Source of the DNA: Salpingoeca rosetta
Taxonomy: Eukaryota > Protista > Choanoflagellata
DNA length: 64,000 nucleotides
Reading direction: 5' to 3'
NCBI GenBank assembly: GCA_033442325.1
Contig: JAWQFM010000013.1
Span: forward strand, 1,312,876 to 1,376,875
Shown: positions 54,509 to 64,000 of the stretch, in pieces
Layout: the number at the start of each line of letters is the position of its first letter
Numbering within the stretch: the stretch's first letter is position 1
The notes under the pieces: generated by a model
The model's input: the letters and a program-made list of their open reading frames with translations, nothing else
Told to the model about the DNA's origin: nothing
Databases searched by the model: none
Program-made: the position numbers and the translations under genes

Positions 54509-56269
54509 TCACACCACGGACACAGTTGTATCGGTGTCAATGTTAGGGGAGACGGATGGCGAGGTGTGACTGGTCACAGGCGCAGACAACGATGCGTGAC
54601 TTGTGCGCCTGTCTGCTGTTGTCGCCTGGTGTTGTCCTTGCACCTCTCCCCTCTCTTTCCTCGCTGCTTCCGCGCCCGCCTCTGCGACCATTTCCGCATC
54701 TTCTTCCAAGAAATCGTGTAGCCGCGCTGACCCGTGCACCAGCCCTCGTCCAGCCACACCCTCACCACCCTGCTGCACCGGCTGCACACGCTGCACTTCA
54801 TCATCCACCATACCCACGTCTCTCATATCCTCATCATCGTCAGCCTCGTCCTCGTCGTCGGCCGCCTCTGCCGAGTGCACATCGACACTGTCGACGCGCA
54901 AGCTCAGCGGCACGATACGACCAGCAGCACCGCTGACGCTTGCACCCTGCTGCTGCTGTTGTTGTTCGCCTTCGTTTCCTTCCTCGGCTTCCTCCTTCTG
55001 CATGTGAGTGTGTGCGCATGTGTGTGTATGTGTGTGTGTTTAACATTAGGCAACAACACGAGCAAGAACCATGCCAATGAGCACGGCAGACAGTGACACA
55101 CAGACACACACACACACAGACACACACACACACACACGCACACACACACACACGCACACAAAGCACACACACACACACGCACACAAAGCACACACACACG
55201 CATAAAGAATCCAAACTCAAAACGGAACACACGCACCAAAGGGCACTGGTGTTCGTTTGGATGCTTGCGCGCCTTGTGCAGCCATCGCTTTGCCATGACG
55301 GAGGGCCGATATTGTGTCAGCAGCCCAACGGCACGTTGTCCAGGTGTCAAGTTCATGCCAGCCACACCTAAATGTGCATGTGTACAAGTGTGCATGTTTG
55401 TGTGTGTGTGTGTGTGTGTGCGTGTGTGTGCGTGTGTGTGCACAGGTGTGTGTGTATGCGAGCATGTGCGTATGCGTGAATGAATATGGCATTGCTTGCT
55501 GGCGCTCCCACGACGGCATCTGTGATCAGCAATCACGACATCAAGCCGTCGCACACCACGCACCTCGATGAATGTTGCGCCAGTCCAGACGCCGCTGCAA
55601 CAGGAACACGCTGTCGCCTACACATGCACGGGCAGATTGCGTGAGGGAGAAAGGTGCGCGCTTGGTGTGAGTGTATGCATGTGTGTGTGTGTGTGCGTGC
55701 GTGTGTACATATGTGTGTGTGTGTGTGTGTGCAGGAGAGAAAGAGGGACACCCAGCACAGGGTATGGCATGCACCAGCACTCCAAACACCACATACGGCC
55801 GACAACTCAGCACCCGCAGGCTCACACATCCACTCCTAGCGCCATCCAACCCACCTGCTTCGACAGCAAAGTTTTCGTCTGGATTCGGCAGAATCGCTTG
55901 GAGCACAAATCCAGACAACGTTCTGCAAAGAGTTGTGTGCACGCGCATGTGTTGCGAGTACAAACGAACACGTACGTAAGCAGGTGCTGACCCAGCACGC
56001 ATGCCTGAAGCATACGTGGACACGTACACATTTACTTGCGCACAAATCAACACACACACACACACCAACCTGCTGAGGCGTGCCCTTGGCGAGGCCTTGA
56101 TGCGATCAAACAGATTCTTCTTGTGTGATTCGTGCACTGACCGGGCCATCACTCGCTCAATCTTGAGCCCTGTTCCATGGACAGTGACACAAAGATGCGT
56201 CATGAGCAAACAGCGGCGAACTCGGGAGTGCGTGCAGCCAATTACTGACGCTCTTCTGCACGCTCACCG

Positions 56270-56300
<31 letters not shown>

Positions 56301-57099
56301 CCACACGCACACACAGTCAAACATGAACAGACATGTGTGCAGACCCACCCAGAACCACGCAGTGCTTCTTCAGCAGAAAATAGCGGCACACATCGCCGTA
56401 GTCCTTGATGTTGCGCTTCCGAACCAACTGTTAAACGTATCGTGGTGACGGCGCGAAAAGCAATCAGGCGGTGGGGCAATGAGATAGGACTTGTGATCCA
56501 TCCACAAATCCCTCAATACCATGCACGCGAGCCCTTCACACTGATCTGTAAACACACACGCACACAATGCACACAAATGCATACACAAACACACACGCCA
56601 CCCCCCCCCCCAACGCACGTCCTCGGAGAGGGAGAAGAGCGCAGGGAAGTTGTTGTCATCCTCACAGCCCAGCAGCAGTCGATACACCTGCACACACGCG
56701 CACAATGAGTGACACGAAGCAAGTGGACAGACCGTCATCGACACCGATAAAACCAACAGAAACAACAACGGGCGAGGTGTTACGACATCCACATCGCGTG
56801 CAGCGTGCACACGACATCGGCGTCACGCGCCGCCACACGCCGTCCATGCCGCACCTCCAGCAAGGATTCCTTTTCCGGCCGCATGCTTTGGTACAGCAGT
56901 GCATCAAGCATTGTCGTCGTGAACACTACGCACACACACACACACACACGCAAAGAGGATGAGTGACGAACGAGGTTGTGATGGACGATGAGGGGACTGT
57001 TTTGTTCCAATTTCTGCAAAGATCGCGCATACCAAATGGCAGGCAAGCAGGCAGACAGAGAAGACACACACACTCACGCAAACACACATGCACACATGC

Positions 57100-57156
<57 letters not shown>

Positions 57157-60100
57157 GTAGAAACACACCTTGGCCGGACGCGTACGATTGGCGGAAGAGG
57201 AATTCTGTGGACGACGCCGAATACGATTGAAACCTGAAAGTGGAGCCAAGAGAACATAACGTGAGCACGACACACGTCTCATCACAAACTTGTAGCAAAG
57301 TGGTTCACTTCTCCTGCGTTCACTTCTCCTACATTCATTTTTCATCTCCATTACAACCACACGAGCGCGCATATCCGAGTGCCGGCGTGTCACCTGTTTC
57401 TCCACGTTGCGGCGGCAGAGAGCGTAGCGTTGGCCATTGTCTTCGTCAGCGCTTTGCTGAATGCGGACGGCGGTGGTGCGCGCAGAGAACCTGCAGCCAC
57501 ACATGCGTGCATGGTGGTGTGAATGTGCGCACGCGTGTGTGTGAGTGTTGAGTGTTGAGATGGGGCAATGCATTATGTCAAGGGTGTAAGCAGATGCACG
57601 CGCGAAGGTATTCAAGTACGTGCACGCGTTGGGCAAGCAAACGAGGATGGCCATGCGTGCGCGATGTCAGCGGAGGAGAACATCACATGTGCTTTAGTTC
57701 GCAACTGCCGCACTTCCTCATGACCACCACCACCAACTCCCTCCCAATCCTCTCTTTGCGCCTTGCCACCGCACCTGTCCTGAGCGAGGGCGCGGTCACC
57801 TCCTCAACGCTGAGCGATTGGCGCAGGTCGTCGGGGTCTGCGGCAACAAAGCGAACGAACTTAACGTTGGGCCGGTGCGTCAGCTCTGTCAGCACTTTGA
57901 TGTCGGGGAACACGTCCTGTTCGTGGGAGTACAGAGGGGAGAGGGGAGGGTGTGTTTGGTGTGATGAGTGGAACGATCGGGGAACTGCAGTTCAGGCGCC
58001 CTTGACCAAATCACATGTCCACTCAACCAAACACACACACACACACACATACACATACACATACATACACACACGCGCACGCACGCGCGCGCACACACAC
58101 ACACATACACACAAACACATACATACACACGCACACACATACACACACACATGCCTCCCTCTCCCCAGCTCTTACGTGGACGTTCTGCGTGGCCATGATG
58201 TTCGGTGCGTCAATCATGCAGTTCTCGCCGTGCAAATCCCGCACGCCGGGCGCCAGCACCAGCACAATCTGAGCACAGGTGGTGGTGGTGGTGAGGTTGC
58301 ATGAGCGCGTGAGAGGCGTGAAAGGGGCAACAAAAAAAAAAGGTAAGACAGACACAGTTCACGATCGATACACTTCCCACTGACATACATACACATCTCC
58401 TAACAATGACAATGACACCAGCAACAGCAACAACAGCCCACCCTTGATCCGCGAAGACAGGCGCGCAGGAGGGAGCGCGGCGTCTCGAGATGACCGACGT
58501 GGTAATACACGAGTGGAAACAGCGCCATGAACTTGCACAGCCGCTGACTCAGCTGCCACTGCTCTGCGACCAGCACCACGATCGGCAGCAGCGCATCTGG
58601 GGACAGCGTGGCAGAACGCAGCACGCGGATGAAGTGGTACACACCGCTGCCTGCAGGCTCGCCCGGTGGCAGTGCCAGCACCACAAACGCGGGTTTGCGC
58701 TGCTCCAGCCGCTCGTCCTCACTGTGCCCGGGTGCGGAGTGCGATTCCGCAGAGTGCATGACGTGCTCGCTGCCGTTGCTGCCGTTGCTGCCGTTGCCTG
58801 CAGGCATTTGCGTGTCGTGTGCGTCAGCATCACCACTACCATTGCCGCCACTATCACCACCACCGCGTGCATTGGGATCGCTGCTGGCGTGCCGTTCATC
58901 AACGATGCGTCGCCGAGTGCCCGGTGGTGTCTTGGACTTCTTGATGGCGGCCGCTGATTGGGGATGCGCGGAGATCACACCGGCCGACAGCAACGCCGCA
59001 GCAACAGATGACGATGCAGGCTGCACGTCCTCCTGCTGCTGTTGCTGCCGCTGCTTTAGTTGCAGCTTCTCTTCGCGCTTTCGCTGCTGCATCATCTGCC
59101 GAAGCCTCTGCATCGGCGTCGCATCACTGTCATCGCCATCACCAGCTGCTGTTGGGTGCACTGCCCCTCGCTTCCCTCCATGCTGCTGCTGCTGTTGCTG
59201 CTGCTGGCTGGTGGGAGGAGATGTGTGGGTTCGAGCGCGCTCCCCTGCCTCGGCATCACCCGCGTGACCGCCATTGCTGCTGCTGCTGCTGCTACCTGTG
59301 CTGCCACCGCCCTTTCCAGTGGTGGCAGCAGCTGGCACGCCCACATCCGACAGGCGGCGCAGGCTCTGGCTGCGACGCACCTGCGCCGAGCGGTGGAAGA
59401 TGATCGGGCTCTCCGTGTTGACGTGCTCCTGCGTGGCGGCGAGTTGATGGTGGGGAGGGTGGTGGGGAGGGTGGTGAGGAAGGGTGGGTGGATGGTGAGG
59501 AAGGGTGGGTGGTTGGTGAGGATTGTAAGGTTGGTTGGATGGGGTGGGAGGAACAAACCCCAGGAAGAACTGATGAGCAGCAAGCGAGCAAGACAGCGAG
59601 CCAGATTGGATACAGAGCATGAAGCCCACAAGCAAGCAAACGCAGCAGTCCTCGAGCCACAAGCAACAAGCACTACACAATCGAACAACATGCAACCTTC
59701 ACCGCAACAATTACCCTCCCAACCACAGCCCTCCCAACCACAACATGCACATCACACCACCATCCGCTCCTTCCAGCAACCATGCGCCATCGCACCCATG
59801 TGAGAGGCAGGTCGTCTTCTGGTCGCGACACGGCGACGAGAGTTCGCTCACGATCGAGCCCAGAGTCACGGTACTCGACAAAGTGGCACTTGTGGCGCGG
59901 GCTGCCGTGGTACATGGCATGCTCCTTCAGCCGCACCTGCACAATCACGTACTCGTCTGCGCGTGACGTGAGGTCGGAGGCACGGCTGTTGATGGATGTC
60001 GTGTCCATGAGTGACACGCGACGCGGAGCAGAGCGACCAAGCGATGACAGCGGAGCATCGCCCTCAATGCCATGTGAATGCTGCTCTCCTCCTCCACCAC

Positions 60101-61962
60101 CGCCTCCACCGCCACCAGCGGCGCGTGTTGCTTCTGTTGCTGCCAGCCCTGCTGCTGTTGGTGCCGCTGTTGTCTTGGGCGGCGACAGTCGTGCTCTGGC
60201 CATGCTGACTGGGGTGCGCAGTGTTGGCGAGCGCGTGAACGCTGAGCGGCCGCGCGCAGGTGCAGCCCGCACGGCCGATGACGCTGGAGTGGGCGTGGTC
60301 GATGGTGACGTCGACGTGCCTGCAGGCAACGACGCACCGTGCTCTGCCGGGCGCCCGCGCTGCGCTGCTGCGCTTCGTCCTTTGCGCGTGTGCCCGTCGC
60401 CAGGGCTGCCTGTGCGGTCATCCTCCACATCGCTCTCACTCTCGACAGTCACGTTCATGCGCACATGCGTCGGCAGTTGCGTCTGCGTTGGTGATCGACC
60501 ACCACTCATCTGCCTGTCAACACCACCACCGCCAGCATTGCCGCCAGTGTGGGCGTTGTCGCCGCCAATTGCACTTGCGCTGGCGCTGGTGCTGCCCCTG
60601 TCTGATCCGAGCATGGACGCGACGTCCACAGATCGGCTCCGGCTGCCTCTTCTCTCTGTCGCTGCTCCCTCCGCAACGGTTGTCAGCGCTCGTGCCGACG
60701 TGCGTGCTCCCCTCAGCGCATCGATACCACCACCACGTCGGCCCTTGCGTGGTTCGCTTCCGCCGTCGCCAGATGTTGTGCGCAGGCGCGGCGGCGCGGA
60801 TGTGTCGCGATCACTCCCAGTGCCTGATCGTGTTGTGTGTGTGTGCGTGTGTGTTGTGTGTGTGCGTGTGTGTTGAGTGTGTGTGCGTGTGTGTTGAGTG
60901 TGTGTGTGTGTTGAGTGTGTGTTCAGTGTGTGTGTGTGTGTATGCGTGTGTGTGTTGAGTGAGTTGTGTGGTAAGTGTGTTGTGTGAGGTGTGTGTCGTG
61001 CAAAATCCCAGCCAACCAATGAAGGGATACAAGCGCCAGAGAAGACAGAGAGAGAGAGAGAGAGCTGCAGCACACGCATGCACTCGCACACGACACCGCC
61101 CGTCTCGTGTTCACGTGCACACACCTGCAGTTGATGACGATTCTCCAGTTTCGCTGCTCGAGGACCCTGAACACATGCACACATGTACGAGATGAGTACT
61201 TGCACGCGTGTCGTGGCAAAGAGAAATAGAGAGCACATAGGCATGCAGCACACACGTACACATACACAGCACAACACACGCACAGAACAAACACACACAC
61301 CCGACGGCAGAAAGCGAGGCAGCATTGCAAGCGCACCTCCGTTCATTTCCCGCCCTTCGTCCTCCTCATCTGTGCTCTCGTCACTGTTGTCCGTGTCGTC
61401 ATCATCGTCGTCTTTGTTATCGCGTTGGGATTCGAGCATTGCCAACGTTCCCATCGCCTTCACATGCAGCTCGTTGTCGCTGTTGGGCCGTGTGTGTGTG
61501 TGTGTATGTGCGTGTGAGTGTATGTGTGTGTGCGCGTGTGTGCGTGTGTGAGTTGATGTGCGAATGGAAGGGCGCAACAAGCAGCAACAAACAGCACACC
61601 TCGCCTGCTTCAGTCATTCGTGACATTCATCCATCGCACCACATCAATTGCACAGCACCAACCGAGCGCGGGAGATGTAGATGCAGACGTCACTGCCACG
61701 AAGATGGACGCACGGCGTTGGATTCAGGATCACCACGCCATCCCGCTTGATGCCGAGCAAGCACACCTGGTCAAAGTGGGTGGAAGGCGTTGGCGTAAGC
61801 ACAGGATGATGCGGCCAGAGTGGAGGGGGGGGGGAGATGGTGACGCTATATTTGCGATGTTATGAAGGGCACTTGCTCGCTCGCTCATGTACTCGCATGC
61901 AGAGCAACCGCAACGTCGTGCTCTTCCTCCTCCCAAACCTCCTTACCCCTCCTCCTTCCCCT

Positions 61963-62055
<93 letters not shown>

Positions 62056-62858
62056 AAGCATCGCCCACGACAGCAGCCACCAGCCATCAATCAGTCACCA
62101 CCTTCTGTTCGACGAGGTCTGCGGCTGCCTCGAAGAATGCCTCGCCCTCGTAGCTGGAGAACACGGGGCTGGTGTCAAGAAGACTCTCAAACACCTGATT
62201 CTGCGCCGCCTGCTGGTACGCACCGAGCGGGTCGCTCGTTCCATCAAACACCTGGCCATGGTGGCGGCCATGGCGGTGGTGGTGATCGAATGCATGGATA
62301 AGGGAGGGAGGGAGTGATGTTTGGAGGGGGTGAGCCGAGTGTGCGAGTGGGATGTGAGCATGTGCGTGATGCCAACTTGTTGCCGCCATCCTGGTCATGT
62401 CCATCAAATCCCGTCACCACACATGACACATGGCACGGAAGAAACAAGCAATGAATGCTTGCTTCCTTGCCTGCAAGCAAACCAAAACACAAGCCAAACC
62501 ACAAGCCAACACGAAACAAGCAGCGCGCGCACCACGTCATCGTCGCGGTCCACGGCGTGTGCCATGTTGGTGAGGAGGGTTGAGATGCCCGGGCACTGGG
62601 CGGAGAGGGCGAGGAGGGAGAAGCGAAGTTCGCTGAAACACATGACGCGGTGGGCAAAACTCACGTGCCGGATGTTCTCAAGCAGCATGATCTGACAGAG
62701 GGAGAGGGGGAGGAGGGGAAGGGAGAGGAGGGGCAGGGGATAGTTGTATATGTGTGTTTGTGTGTGTGTGCGCGCGAAGGAGAGGGTGAGTAGAACAATA
62801 AAAGAACAACAACTGGCAAACACCCAAGCATCCTAACACGCGACCGACACACACACGC

Positions 62859-62904
<46 letters not shown>

Positions 62905-63161
62905 TCACCCTCTGTCCTCCTCGTCCTCCTCCTCCTCAGCATCATCCCCTTCACACCTGCACGTAGAGTTTTCTGTCTGGCGCGTAGTCGTTGACGGCCC
63001 ACGCCCGCAAGACAGCGTGGCGATCCGTGTCGTTTGCCGTCCGCGCGCTGTGCAGTGTGCGGTGTTGGTGATGGTGAGTCATGGTGGTGGTGAAGACGGT
63101 GGCGATGAGGGATGGCTGTGATCGTGAGTGGAAGTAGTTGTGTACTCGAATCGGCACCATC

Positions 63162-63210
<49 letters not shown>

Positions 63211-63289
63211 GCATCATCAGCATCATCAGTGCCAACACCAAATACCGTTCCCTCCCCAAAACCAAAAACAAAACACATCTTATGACACT

Positions 63290-63378
<89 letters not shown>

Positions 63379-63800
63379 ACACACACACACACTCCCTGAG
63401 GACCCACCGTTCTGCCATGATGAAAATTGCCTCTGCAACTTCCACGGCTGCGCGACGCAGATCGCTCGGGTTCATCGCAGACCCTGACAACAGGTGGCGA
63501 CAGCGGTGGTGATGGTCGTCGGTGAGGTTCCTCTTGTTGCAGTGAACTATACAACATATTATACACACATGCACACACACACAACAAAAAATACACACAC
63601 CCACCACAAATACACGCACACCCACACAACAAATACACACACACACACACACACACTTACAAAACACCAAAGCCACCGACCTGTTATGAAGCGAACACCC
63701 TGGGGGCGGGAGGAGCGGGGGATGACGCGAATGACCTCTTGCGATACGGGTGTGGTGGACAATATCAACACATCACACGAAATGCCATCTTGGGCGAGGG
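54509..63800 (-). CDS. KCNT: Slo2/KCNT (Slack/Slick)-type large-conductance K+ channel, cytoplasmic RCK1/RCK2 part; transmembrane 5' part lies beyond the right edge
   Basis: Spliced [168 protein letters not shown]. These follow KCNT-specific motifs (LRAWAV, TELTH..N..F); stop 54511-54509. Confidence 0.9.
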
Positions 63801-64000
63801 CATTTTATGATAAATCGTCCACGGTCGTTGGATCCAGTCGCCGCCCAACAGCACCACGTGTTGTTTGCAAACAGCGCCTGGAGAGCACGTGTGCGATTGT
63901 TATGTATACCGGGGGGAGAGAGGCAGGCGGTGTGACATGATTTTATATTTGAGGATGAGAAGAGAGTAGTTGAAGAAGATGAAGAGGAATTTTATTATGA

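Overview
Intron-rich eukaryotic genomic DNA with very abundant (GT)n/(CA)n microsatellites in introns. Gene content (fascin, Phactr, calaxin, GORAB, Slo2-type channel) and sequence style point to a choanoflagellate, probably Salpingoeca-like; this is an inference. Most entries in the ORF track are microsatellite translations. By joining GT/GC-AG exons by hand I can support 14 protein-coding genes. In order they are: Ppx/GppA-like hydrolase (partial, -), MEKK4/Ssk2-like MAP3K (+), Phactr-CAP-Gly fusion (-), calaxin/EFCAB1 (+), GORAB (-), actin (-), THUMPD1 (+), fascin (+), PSMC4/Rpt3 (-), espin-like actin-bundling-module protein (+), membrane-type F-box/LRR protein (-), ELP4 (-), ZC3H14/Nab2 (+) and a Slo2/KCNT-type K+ channel (partial, -). 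Four highlights: (1) a membrane-anchored Phactr carrying a C-terminal CAP-Gly domain; (2) an espin-like three-Trp module protein with a near-identical duplicated exon; (3) an actin/fascin/espin-like/Phactr/calaxin neighbourhood within about 28 kb; (4) a transcription-oriented intron code with GU-rich repeats at the 5' end and CA-rich repeats at the 3' end of introns. All family assignments come from recalled motifs, not database searches.
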